DNA from: Octopus vulgaris
Lineage: Eukaryota
Length of the DNA stretch: 64,000 nucleotides
Assembly (NCBI GenBank): GCA_951406725.2
Contig: OX597818.1
Location: forward strand, 114,824,001 to 114,888,000
Reading direction: 5' to 3'
Shown piece after piece: positions 25,912 through 38,460 of this stretch (position 1 is the first letter of the stretch; the number at the start of each line of letters is the position of its first letter). A program made the translations under genes and the position numbers. The notes under the pieces were generated by a model, which did not search any database, had not been told where the DNA came from, and saw nothing but the letters and a program-made list of their open reading frames with translations.

Positions 25912-27297
25912 GATTTATTGGTAACTTTCTTTAATGGCCACACAGGGCTGAACACAGGTGGGACAAATACAAATGTAGAGGTTTTTTCTTTTCGAAAATG
26001 AAAAAGAAAAACAGGAAAAAGAGAAAAAAAGTAAAATTCCGATCAAGAAGGTTTCGGGGGGAAAAAAAAAGGGGTGGAAAAGGGCGATCAAAAGGCATCG
26101 TGTATCACAAGAATTTTGAAAAAGTAAGAAGCAAAATTAGGTTTATCTGTGGAAAGAAAAGCCTACAGAAAAGAGACCACGCTAACCTCATGAGAGCAAA
26201 GCGCTCTCTCTCTCTCTCTCTCTTCGATTTACAGGATCATGCTCAAAATGGCTTCGTCGCTCGCACGCTCCATCTTTGCTACATTCACCAACCTTTTTTT
26301 GAAACTTTCACGAGACAAAACCTGCCTCTCCATTCTCACCTTCCTTTTCAAGTGGTACTTGAAAAAGTTGATGAGCGATTGGCCAGAGAGGTAAGTGTTT
26401 GTCACTAATCCTTTCGCTCGAGTCCACCACACACATTCTGTCATCATGGCCACCAGTCCGATGAAGACTGCCTTGCCTTACCGCTTGAGGGAAGGTGTCG
26501 GATCCAATCTCCACGATAGACTCGGCCGACAGGCGGACTCTTCCCACACGTGACAGCAGCCGTTCGGCATAAGCCCACAGGTCCGAAATGGTTGGACACT
26601 GCACGAGTGCGTGCAGAACGGTTTCGTCGCTCTGACCGCATCTGGGCAAGTCGGTCCGGTGTGTCTCGAACCGTACCTGTAGAGCTTATTACGAACAGGT
26701 AATGCTTCAAGATAGCACTGCCAGGCCAGGGATCTTTGGTGATTGTACATAGGTCCCGACCCGAAATTTGTTCTGAACAGGCGGGTCAGGTGTTCCTCAT
26801 CGACGCCCAGATTCTGCCTGAGAACGTCCTCGCACCTCTTCTCCGCTAATCCTCAATAAACGCCTTTGTTGTAATGAAGTCGCACAAGTTCGGGGCCAGA
26901 CGCCAGAATTGCTTGAGGGCAACGCGACACTCGCGGTGCCATTCGCTTAGCCTCTGTCTCTGTTTGGTCCACGACTGTAGTTCGGCCAAGGAGACGAACT
27001 ACGGGAAAGCGCGCCGCAGAAACGGCGACCACACCTGATTACCGTTGTCTATGAAGTGCTGGAGATATCGCAGTCTCAGCGCATGTCTACGTTTCATCAA
27101 CCACGGCATGTCTAGCCCTCCATTTAGCGGGTGTTGACAGCAAATGGATCGTCTAACCATCGGAAAGCTTCTCTTCCACGAGAAGCGGAATAGTACGCGT
27201 TCCAGTTTGGTGATGGTAGTGTCAGGACAAGGCACGACGGTCAGACAGTACTCGATGACGGATGCAGGGTACGTGTTCGCCACCTCCACCCGACCTT
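25912..27297 (-). mobile_element. Tx1-clade LINE copy A, 5'-truncated and degenerate
   Basis: Encodes the ORF2 C-terminus (KGRVEVANTY..., RCGQSDETVLHALVQC zinc finger), homologous to copy C. 3' tail GCCCTGTGTGGCCATTAAAGAAAG. Both ends abut (GATA)n. Confidence 0.92.
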
Positions 27298-27383
<86 letters not shown>

Positions 27384-27384
<1 letters not shown>

Positions 27385-28433
27385 GTTTCTTTATTGGCCA
27401 CACAGGGCTGCACACAGATGGGACAAGTTACAAGGTAGAGCTTTTCTTTTGGGAGAGAAAAAAAATGGCGTAGGTTTTCGATCAAAAAGGATCGTAAAAG
27501 GGAAAAAAAGAACAAAAAAAAAGAAAAAAGAAAAAAAAAGGAAAAGAATAAAAATGGGAAAAGGACCAAAGGGAAAGAAAAATGAAAAAAGAAGACAAAA
27601 GAGGAAAAAAGGGAAAGAGGAAAAAAAACGATAAATAGGGATCGTGTATCACAGTGTCATGATGTATGGTGTAAAGGGGAAAGCAAGTAAGGTTTATCCG
27701 TGGGAAGAAAAGCCTACGAAAAAGACCACGGTAACCTTGATCAATATTGTTATATGTTACCACATTTGTTTGCAAGTGGGTAACTCTCTGTTTTCAATTT
27801 CTGGGTTCATAGGATTATGCTCAAGGTGGCTTCATCATTCATACGTGCCAGCCTTGCTGCATTCACCCATCTTTTTTTAAAACGTTCGCTAGACAAAACT
27901 TGCCTCTCTACTCTCACTTTCCTTTTCAAGTGGTACTTGAAGAAGTTGATGAGAGGTTGACCAGAGAGGAAAGTGTTTGTCTCCAATCCTTTCAGACGCG
28001 TCCAACAGATACATTCTTTCGCCATAGCCACAAGGATGATGAAAATAGCTCTTCCTTCCCGTTTGAAGGAAAGAAGCGTGACTATATTGGCGATAGACTC
28101 AGCTGATAAACCGACTCGTCCCACACGTGACAGCAGTTGTTCGACATAAGCCCACAGGTCCGAAATGGTTGGACAATGCACGAGTGCGTGCAGAACGGTT
28201 TCGTCGCTCTGACCGCATCTCGGGCAGGTCGGCCCCGTGTTTCTCGAGCCGTGTCTGTAGAGCTTATCCCGAACGGGTAGCGCTTCTCGGTAGCACCGCC
28301 AGGCCAGGGATCTCTGGAAGTTGTCCATGGGCCCTGGCCCGAAAGTCGTCCCGAACAGGCGGGTCAGGTATTTCTCGTCGACGTCCAGGTTCGCCCCGAG
28401 CTCGTCGTCGTACCTCCCCTCCACTAATCCCCT
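27384..28433 (-). mobile_element. Tx1-clade LINE copy B, 5'-truncated
   Basis: Open ORF2 C-terminus 27807-28424 (CPRCGQSDETVLHALVHC). 3'UTR similar to copy A. Tail GCCCTGTGTGGCCAATAAAGAAACT. Both ends in (GATA)n. Confidence 0.93.
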
Positions 28434-28437
28434 AGAT

Positions 28438-28484
<47 letters not shown>

Positions 28485-28724
28485 CTAGATAGATAACTTT
28501 TTATTGTAGCCACACAGGGCTAAACACAGAATAAAAAAGCAATATATATATATATATATAAGGTTCACAGTTTAGGTGTAGCCTTGGAAAGAAAAACCTA
28601 CAAAAAAGACCAAGGTCACCTCAGACAATTCGAAAAAGAACACATGAGTAAGTCGCCTTACTTCTCGTTGTCTCTTTTGGTTACAGATTTATGCTTTTAT
28701 ACTGACCATTTTTGCCACTTTTAC

Positions 28725-31700
28725 CTACTTTTTATTAAAACATTCGTTCGACAAAGCCTTCCTCTCTATTCTCATCCTCCTTTTCAAGTGGTACTTGAAA
28801 AAGTTGACGAGAGACTGACCAGAGAGGAAGGTGTTTGTTTGCAGTCCTTTCAAACGCGTCCACCACACACATTCTTTCGCCATAGCCATCAGCGTAACGA
28901 AAACCGTTTTCCCTTCCCGTTTAAAGGAAGGTGGTGGAACAATATTCACGATAGACTCGGCCGATAGGCGAGCCCGACCTACACGTGACAACAGCTGTTC
29001 GACGAAGGACCACAGCTCTGAAATATCTGGACACTGCACGAGTGCGTGCAGAACGGTTTCGTCGCTCTGACCGCATCTCGCATCGGTCCGGTGATGGTTT
29101 TCGAACCGTGTCTGTAGCTCTTCTCTCGAACAGGTAGTGCGTCTCGATAGCACTGCCAAGCCAGGGGTTTCTGGAAGTTATCCATAGGCCCCGGCCCGAA
29201 CGTCGTCCTGAACAGGCGAGTTAGGAATTTCTCGTCGACGCCCAGGTTTGCCCCGAGTGTGTCGTCGGACCTCCCCTCCACTAGTCCTCTATAGAACGCT
29301 TTAGTTGTTTGTAAGTTGCACAAGTTTGACCCCGGTCGGCAGAGCTGCTGTAGAGCTTGGCGACACTCTCGGTGCCAATCGCCCAGTTTCGGTCTCTTTT
29401 TCATCCACGTTTGCAGTTCGGTCAGTGAGACGAGCTGCGGGAAGTCGCTCCTCACAAACGGCGCCCACACCTGTTCACCGTCGTCGATGAAGTTCCAGAG
29501 ATGTCGCAGTCTCAGCGCATGCCTGCGCATCATCAACCACGGCATGCCCAGTCCTCCATTCAACGGATGTTGACAGAAAATGGACTTCCTCACCATCGGA
29601 ACGCCACCCTTCCACAGTAAGCGGAAGAGTATGCGTTCCAGTTTGGTGATGGTGGCGTCGGGACAAGATACGACGGTCAGGCGGTAATCGATGACGGATG
29701 CGATGTACGCGTTCGCCACCTCCGCCCGGCCTTTTAGAGACAGCTTTCTCTCGGCCCATGTTTGGCTGAGAGCGACCACTCTACTCGTGATCTCGTCCCA
29801 GTTCTTATCCATTTGGAGGTCCGGACTGAACCAGACCCCGAGCAATTTAACCGGTCCGTCCGTCCAGCGTCCCACTACTGAGCCGCAGTCGGACGGCATG
29901 GGCTTGCTTCTCCAGGTTCCGAGTAGCAAACCCACTGACTTTTCCGGGTTAATCTTTGCTCCCGTCACCGTTTCGTATTTTCTTAGTGTCTCGCCTATCA
30001 TCTGGATGTGTTTGTCGCTCGACACTATGACGGTGACATCGTCCGCATATGCCGACACGCTCGTCCCGCAACCCAGTTCCCGTGGGATGCCCCTCAGTGT
30101 CGCCAGCTTCCGCAGTAGCGGCTCGAGAGTCAATACATACAGAAGCGCCGACAGGGGACACTCCTGACGGACCGAACGCGTGATGTCAAATGGTTTCGAC
30201 AGGTGACCGTTCACCCGAATCACCGATCGGATGCCGCTATACAAGGCAGCGATCCAACCGCGGAAGACGGGACCGAAGCCAGCCGCCCTGAGGACGGCCG
30301 CCAAGTACCGATGGTCGACCCTATCGAAGGCTTTAGACTGATCCAAATTTATCAGCGCTCCACCCATGCCAGGATCCTTAAGAACCCGGTCCACAATGTA
30401 GCGCATCAGATGGAGGTTGTCATGTATGGTTCTGCCTGGCATGGCGCATGTTTGCGCCCTGTCGACCAGTTTACCAATGACAAGCGCCAACCTCTCGGCT
30501 ATTACTTTGGCCAAAATTTTCAAATCTGCGTTGAGCAGAGTGATGGGCCTGAAATTATCTATAAAATTCCCCTTGTTTGGGTCTTTCTTCAGCAACGTCA
30601 CTGCACCTCGGCTCACGAAACCGGGGATTCTCCCGTTTTGTTGCCAGTTGCAGTAGACTGATGCCAAGAGGTCGCCAAACAAGTCTGGCATTTGACAATA
30701 CAGCTCGTAGGGTAAACCATCCAATCCAGGCGACTTATCCCTCGCGCAGCCCGCCATCGCATCCCACACGTCAGCGGCTGTGATGGGACTTTCACAACAC
30801 TCCGCTTCTCTTGCCGAGAGCCGCGGCAGATCGGTCAGGTAGGCACTGAAATCCATCCCGCTTTCCGACCCACCACTCGCACCAAACAGTCGAGCAAAGT
30901 GCTGTTGAAAGGCCTCACACATCCTTTCGAGTTCGAGTAAACTGCATCCCTGTTGATCTATTAGAGACCGAATGGTGGCTCTGTTGCCACGCTGCGCCTC
31001 CGCTACCCGGGCCTCTCGCGCAGCTTCGATCCCTTCGTTCCTTAAGGCACGCATTTTAGCTCTGACGACGCAACCTTCGTGCTTGGCGTTGAGGTGTTGG
31101 TCGAGAGCCATCCTCGCAGCCAGCACGTTGGTTGCGCTGCCAGTGGTAAGTGCCTCTTCTAGTTTCTTAACCAAGTCTCCCTCTACTCTATTTCGTTCTA
31201 TCGCTAATTCCTTGCTAAACCTAATTGATTCCGATTTTATTGCCATTTTCAGGGCGTACCACTAGCGGTTGTTAACGACGGCTTCCGTCAGCGCCCTCTT
31301 AATTAACTCGCTAATCCGGTTCCTGTAAACCTGTCGCGCTAACAGCGACGTGTTCAGTTTCCAGTAACCGGGACCCTGCCTATGTGTTTTATCTAAGTCG
31401 AGCGTACACGTAACAAATTTGTGATCTGTGTAGCTGACTATTTTAAATTGTGGACATCCTACACTATCCCTATCCGCTGTCCTGCATAGAATTCTATCTA
31501 GATAAGATCTCGACGATCCGATGTGGTTTGTCCAAATCCACGTTGGCACGTTCGGATGGTCGAGTCGGAACCTATCAGACAAATGGAAACGTCTGAGCAG
31601 GTCTTTGAGGCTCTTACACCCCCTTCTATTCCTATCCCTTCCCACATAATCTAGATGCGTGTCCAAGGTAGCGTTCCAATCCCCTACTAACAGTAAAGGT

Positions 31701-32110
31701 CTAGACGTACCCAGGAAAACCTCTAGACGTCTGAAGAAATCCGCCCGACCCGTTAAGGACGGTGCATAAACTGCCATCAGACGGAATGCACACCCATTTC
31801 TGCGATCCACGTCCAAGACAACCAGCCTACCCTCCGGGTCTAGGAATATTGCTCTCACTTTTACATTTAGACTCTTTCGAAAAAGCACCGCAGTACCTCC
31901 ACCACCCATGTTCGACAGACAGGGAGAAAAATAAATGTCAAATTGATAGCCAAACATGGACTCGAGGGCCCGCGGCTTACTGAGTCTGGTTTCAATGATA
32001 GCTACTATATCCACGTTCAGTGACTTGATGTCGTTTAGAAGGTAACCTTGCTTCCAAGCCGACGCCAAGCCACGCGCATTCACACAACCTAATTTAAGCA
32101 TACTTGACAT
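28725..32110 (-). pseudogene. Tx1 ORF2 (APE endonuclease, reverse transcriptase, CCHC zinc finger) with in-frame stop and frameshift
   Basis: Endonuclease motifs NARGL, VYAP, GDWN, LDRI, TDH, GPGYWKLN. RT motifs KSPGLDG, NFRPITLLN.D.KI, DQSKAFDRV, VRQ(E)CPLS, YADD. ORFs 31262-32110 and 28979-31246 are in frame across one TAG. Frameshift near 29080 leads into the RCGQSDETVLHALVQC frame. Confidence 0.95.
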
Positions 32111-32189
32111 TTACGAAAATTGTGTTTTACACACTACATTAGAAGAGACAAGAGGCAAGAGGGGAGGTCACTTACTCATTTTAAAAGTT

Positions 32190-33943
32190 TCATTTTTCTT
32201 CTTCTTCTTTTGTATTGTTTTTGATGAGGTGTTTGTATAGTTTTTTCGACAGGTATCGTTGAAACCCGCCTACCGCATTCGGAAATATTGTTTTTAGTAT
32301 GTGATGTTGTGTTTGTGTTATGTGTAAAATTCTGATGTGTTTCGGTGGTGTGGTGTGCGGATGATTGTTTGTCTTAAAGTCATCTTCACAGATGACCGTG
32401 TTGGATGTGATGTAGTCCATTAATTCTTTATTGTCTGTGTCTATTGCAGTTAGTTGTGTGTGTGGTTTTACGGGTTCATTGCTTTTTTGATTGTCTAGGG
32501 GGATGTTGTCCGGAGTTAGATATCTCCCTGCTTTACTTCCTTGTTTGGTTGATTTTTTTGATCTTTTCCTATTACCCCCTGTGGCTATTTGCCATTCCGT
32601 CGAACTTTCGTCGTCCGACGTATCAGTATGGGGTAGAGGCAAAGCATTTGGGTTCATATGTATGCTTGTAGAAATTGTTGATGTTTTGTGCGGTGTTTGT
32701 GTTGTTGTGGTGTTAGGGATAGAATTTGTCTTCTCGTCACTGTTTTATATCTTTTTAATTGTCGTCCTCGGTGTGGGTGTTGGTCTATTTTTTGTTGATT
32801 CGACATGTTGAATTGGTTGTGACGTCAACGGTGATTGTGTTGGTACTGTTTCTTTTCTTGGTGATGTTGTTGGGGTTTGTTTGCTGGTTTGTTGTTTTTC
32901 TTGGCATTGTTCCATAATTGAGTGTGTCGGTGTTGGTGTTGGTGTTGGCAACAAGGGTTTTTTATTTGTTTTCTGATTTGTTCTTTCTTGTTTTTTCTGT
33001 ACCAGAGCACACTTGGCAATTAAATGTTCGGTGCTGCCACAGTTGTAGCATCTAGGATTTTTGCCTTCTGCTATAATATATAGGCTTTGCCCATTTTCCA
33101 AGTGGATCTTATCCGGTAGGCTCTCGATAGAGGCCCCCTCAATCTGTATGGTCACCACTATAGTTTTTCCACCCCAATTGTCGTTTAGGTACACGGCGGT
33201 TTCCAAAATATTGATAGTTTTCAAATGATAACAGATTGCCCCTGTTATCCATTTGTTAGGAATGTCGGGGGGTACATTTTTAATAGTGATTCGACTCACT
33301 CTCTGATTTTTGTAGTATGGGACCATGATGATATCATCATTTTCCAAAGACTCAGTAGAGTGAGCTTTTGCCACTTCCTGGTTAGGGAAGCGGACCACTA
33401 CTGTGTTAAACTGGGGACCCCAGTTTATGTATTCTTTTTTTTCATTATGTTTTTTAAGCATTTTTCTACATCCGTTTTTGTAATCTGTTCATTTAGTTTT
33501 TTCTTTTTTCTTATAATTTTATAAATAATTGTCTTATTTTCTATTTCTTGCTTTATGTGTTGAGGTGTATGTAGCACTAAATCTTGCCCTCTGGTTGTAA
33601 AAAGAGATCTTGTTTCTAAAAGTTCTTCGTTCGTGAAATGTATAATCTGTTTCTTCTGATGCAGAGTGTCAGCGAAATTTGTTGGTGCTGTTAATTCTGT
33701 TATATTAACATCTTCACTATTAGATAGTTCATTTTTATTGTTGTTCTTGTTGCTGCTGTTGTTTTTGTCAATAGTTTTCGTGTGAGTTTTATTTTTATCA
33801 TTTATGTTGGTCGTGGTGGTGGTGGTGGTGGAGGTGGTGGCGGTAGCAGTAGTAGTCTCGTGGTTGCTGTTGTTAGTGGTGGCGGTGGTGGTGACAGGGC
33901 TGTTACCGCACGTGGTTGCAGCGTTGATTCCACCGATATTCAT
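32190..33943 (-). pseudogene. Tx1 ORF1 (nucleic-acid-binding, C-YN-C-GSTE-H-LIAK-C zinc knuckle) with two frameshifts
   Basis: ORFs 33425-33943, 32745-33461 and 32190-32657 lie upstream of ORF2. CX2CX4HX4C is intact. Confidence 0.85.
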
Positions 33944-34253
33944 GTTTGCACTTTGCGTGCATGAGTTCTTTTTTCTTCTCCTAGCGTTTCCAAACTAGGA
34001 AAATGCTGGTCCATAAAGGAACGCGACCAGCGTTCTACAATAAAATTTCTCGACATTTTCTAATGTCGAGAAGAAAATTACAGAAATGAAATGGGGTTGA
34101 AACTGCCCCTAGGGGCGAATTCCTCCCTTGGAAAAGCACTCAAACGAAAGTTGGGTGCCTTACACACCTTATTTGCAAAAATGTACACAAAATATGGGCT
34201 ATAAATAGTCAAAATAAACGATTACCTTCGGAGCCGAAGTGACAGCACGTCCG

Positions 34254-34338
<85 letters not shown>

Positions 34339-34362
34339 GGAGGGATAGATAGATATATAGAC

Positions 34363-34433
<71 letters not shown>

Positions 34434-34910
34434 CAGTTAGCTACGTAGCTAGATAGATATAAATAGACAGGTAGGTAGGTGGATAGATATAAATAGATAG
34501 GTAGTTAGTTAGATAGATAGTCTAAGAGAAAGGGAGCAAAAGAGAAGCAGTTATAACTGAAAGCCTGTAAAATATTACACGAGTAAATTCGCCGAAATAT
34601 CGCTATTAGAATTCCAGTGGAACTCGACTTAATCGCCCTAAGAAGACCTCATTTTAATAAGTTGGCGCCAGCAGAACAATGTTGTTCCCTGAAACTAGAT
34701 CTTGCACATCTTAAGCATATAGATTTTGACAAATGTAGCGCTTGAAACACTTACACTCATTTATTCACAACCAGACTACTTTATTATCCAAAAATCACTT
34801 CTCGTTATATGTTTTACTGTGGTGCTTAAGTCAAATTTATTAGGTATATTACCGTACTACAACCTAATATATCTTTCGCTCATTCGAATCTCTCTCGCTC
34901 TACCTTTACG

Positions 34911-34950
<40 letters not shown>

Positions 34951-35149
34951 TTATGTCTCTCTCTATCTCTTTCTCTTTCTCCCTCCCACTCTCTCTCTCT
35001 CTTCCTCCCATACTCTATCTTCACGTCCGAGTCGCCATTCTAATTAGCCTCTTTTAATCCCTCTCTTCCTATTTTCTTCGCTTTCTGCATTATTCTCCAA
35101 TACACACGTCTATTTAAATGCATATAAATGCATACATACATATATTTAC

Positions 35150-35182
<33 letters not shown>

Positions 35183-35225
35183 TACATATATACATATATA
35201 CATATATACATATATACATATATGT

Positions 35226-35289
<64 letters not shown>

Positions 35290-35341
35290 TTTTTACTTGC
35301 TTCGATCATTTGACTACGGCCATTCTGGAGCACTGCTTTTA

Positions 35342-35393
<52 letters not shown>

Positions 35394-36081
35394 CATTATA
35401 TATGAGCATATATGCCCTAATGCTTGTATATTACCATCCAGATGAGCGAGTACACGTGTACATATGTGTGCGTATATGAATGTATGTATGTATGTATGTA
35501 TGTATGTATGTATGTATGTATGTATGTATGTATGTATGTATGTGTCTATGTATATATAAAGGTGTGTATATAATTATACATGGCTGTATTGGTTCAATGT
35601 GATAACCAGAAATGTGAAGCCTTTGTAAGTTTCCTCCTGATGAAATGGTGTTGCCTTTGGATTTCCTTAATGGATTGTACATTAATGATGTGAAGCAGCA
35701 TCTTTTGAAACATTCGTAGAGATGGGCTTAAATGGACTCTGATATGGTTACAATACACTTCATTTTTTTACATGTATATTTTTGTATATTTATATCTATA
35801 TTATTTTAGCTCCATTGCCTTAAATTTTTAGTCGCCTTCATTATGCATTAATTTATTCCATATAATTTTTTTCATTCGACTTCACTCGTATTACCCTTTT
35901 AGGTTTTATCACCTTTTATTCGTATATATGTGTATATTTTACACTATTGGGTTTTACCATTGGACGCCATGTTGGGTTAGTATATATTTCTATTCGATTT
36001 TTGATAATTTGGGAATGATATAAAATTGTTTTGACCGATTGGAGTGTTTATTCATTATACCTTTGAATTAAATTTTTTATA

Positions 36082-36310
36082 TTATTCACATTTGACGGAT
36101 ATTTGCCCTCATCTTCTTTGTTGTTAACACAACGTTTTAGCTGGTATACTCTCCAGCCTTTATCAGGTGTCTTGGGGAAATTTCGAACCTGGGTTCTCAT
36201 TCTTAGGTTCGAAATTTCCCCAAGGCACCCTATGAATGCTGGCGGATATATCAGTCGAAACGTTGTATTAATAAACAAGATGAGGACAAATATCCGTTAA
36301 ATGTAAATAA
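36082..36310. repeat. ~110-bp-arm inverted repeat made of two hammerhead-bearing Penelope pLTR-like copies
   Basis: Arms 36082-36193 and 36203-36310 are reverse complements with scattered mismatches. Minus strand has CTGATAAAGGCTGG..CCAGCTAAAACGTT; plus strand has CTATGAATGCTGG..TCAGTCGAAACGTT. Confidence 0.8.
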
Positions 36311-36471
36311 CGTACATTATTCGTCATCTCTTAAATAGGGAACTGTACCTTTCAATTTATTTCTCCTTCCGCCTCGGTGTCACCTGAGCACTTCCAGTAG
36401 CAGTCCCATTTTTTTTTTTCTCTTCGGTTTAATGAAATTGCATTTTAGTTTAACAAAATTATAAAATTATC

Positions 36472-36559
<88 letters not shown>

Positions 36560-37181
36560 TATATAATTGTGAAAGCGGACAACAAATGTTAAGGCAAGGC
36601 AAAAAAAAAGTCATATACGTTATTATTAATTATTATAAATTTGGAAAAAACTTTTTCCAATAAATAATGTAATAATAATGATGCATATGACTTGAGATGC
36701 TTGCCTTTCCTTAACAATTATATACTTTGAGGTGTTTGCCTTTCTTTAACAATTACATATCCGATATCCGCTATATCGGAAATCTGCAATGGCTCCATAA
36801 CTACCGTTTCGGCTAAAACCTTGGCGTCCTATTAATCCGTCAAACCACTTACCCAGCGAACCTAATCGTTTACGTCAGCTGTAAACTAAAACCCCATACT
36901 TCATATATATATATACAGAGCAAGTGAGAGTGGGAGAGAAGTGATATAGAGAAAGATTAGTCGAAAGCTATATGCAGTCGCATCCAAGTTGATACTTTTA
37001 TCTCATTTCATCATTTACTATCAAGAAAATCAACAACTTCATCATTCACTTCATGGAATTCTTCTTTCTTTTCTTCTCGTTTTATTCTTTCTATTACTTT
37101 GTTTTGTATCCATCGGTATACGCATTCATCTATCTACGTTTCTGTCCGTTTCAAACACGCACACATACACACACACACACA

Positions 37182-37228
<47 letters not shown>

Positions 37229-37699
37229 TCTCCCTCTCTCTCTCTCCCCTTCTCTCTCCCTTTCTCTCTCCCTCTCTCCCTCTCTCTCTCTCTCTCTGCT
37301 CATTTATCCATCTTTCTCAATCTTTCCCACACTCGGTGTTGGTTTGTGCATATGCCCGTTACATAGCGGTTCGGCAATCGGCATTAATAGAACAAACGAC
37401 AGTGTCGATTCATTCGACTAAAATCCCTCGAAGATGATACCCTAGCATGGCTGCAGATCAATGACTGAAACAAGTAGAATATACAAGAGAACCAGCTTCA
37501 ATAAATCTTTTGCCGTCTCGTGTTAATCCGTTTTGAGCTGCTGCAATTTCTTCGAATCCAAAGCCTTTCCTTTTTTTTCTCGTTTTGTATTTCTTGCTAT
37601 TTTTTTTTTGTAGTTATCTTTATACAGCAACTTTTTGTTACTCTCGAGTATTTTTTTCTAATAAACATCTTGTCAACGATGCATTACCATATGACTTCT

Positions 37700-38165
37700 T
37701 ATTTCTTTATTGCCCACAAGGGGCTAAACATGGAGGGGACAAACAAGGACAGACAAACGAATTAAGTCGCTTACATCGGCTTTGCCTTTCATCCTTTCGG
37801 GATCAATAAATTAAGTACCAGTTACGCACCAGTGCGTAACTGGTACTTAATTTATTGATCCCGAAAGGATGAAAGGCAAAGTCGACCTCGGCGGAATTTT
37901 AACTCAGAACGTAACAGCAGACGAAATACCTATTTCTTTATTACCCACAAGGAGCTAAACACAGAGAGGACAAACAAGGACAGACAACAGGATTAAGTGG
38001 ATTATATCGACGCCAGTGCGAAACTGGTACTTATTTAATCGACCCCGAAAGGATGAAAGGCAAAGTCAACCTCGGTGGAATTTTGAACTCAGAACTCAAC
38101 GGCAGACGAAAGACCGCTATGCATTTCGCCCGGCCTTTCTAACGTTTCTGCCAGCTCGCCGCCTT
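37700..38165 (-). mobile_element. SINE family M dimer (tail A) with internal 50-bp perfect foldback
   Basis: Junction GACGAAATACC|TATTTC at ~37930. TSD TTA(C/T)CATATG(A/T)CTTCT at 37684-37699 and 38164-38179. Confidence 0.9.
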
Positions 38166-38239
38166 ATCATATGTCTTCTATCATTCTTAGATGTTTTATA
38201 TAAGTCATTAATACTCCATCAGCATTAAACAAAGTTTAA

Positions 38240-38460
38240 AGTGGTTAGCGGGCAGAGTCGTTAGCACCCAGTCAAAATGCCTTGCGGCATTTCGTCCGTT
38301 TTTTCGTTACGTGTTCAAGGGTTTCAAATTGCACCGATATTGACTTTGCCTTTCATCCTTTCGGGATCGATAAAATAAGTAACAGTTGATCACTGGGATT
38401 GATGTAATCGACTTGACCTGTCCCCCAAGTTGCTGGCCTTGTGCTAAAATTTGAAACCAG
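38240..38460 (+). mobile_element. SINE family M, tail B
   Basis: Core GACTTTGCCTTTCATCCTTTCGGGATCGATAAAATAAGTA, then CCCCCAAGTTGCTGGCCTTGTGCTAAAATTTGAAA. Confidence 0.85.

Larger units (their letters stand above)
28496..34253 (-). mobile_element. Tx1-clade LINE copy C, full length (~5.76 kb), inserted in (GATA)n
   Basis: 5'UTR, ORF1 with CCHC knuckle, ORF2 with APE endonuclease, RT and C-terminal zinc finger, and a 3' tail with AATAAA. GATA repeats on both sides. Confidence 0.95.

Noticed and set aside
29305-31265. Plus-strand ORFs overlapping Tx1 ORF2, and minus-strand ORFs over the CR1 RT
   Set aside because: These are antisense shadow ORFs of GC-rich RT coding sequence.
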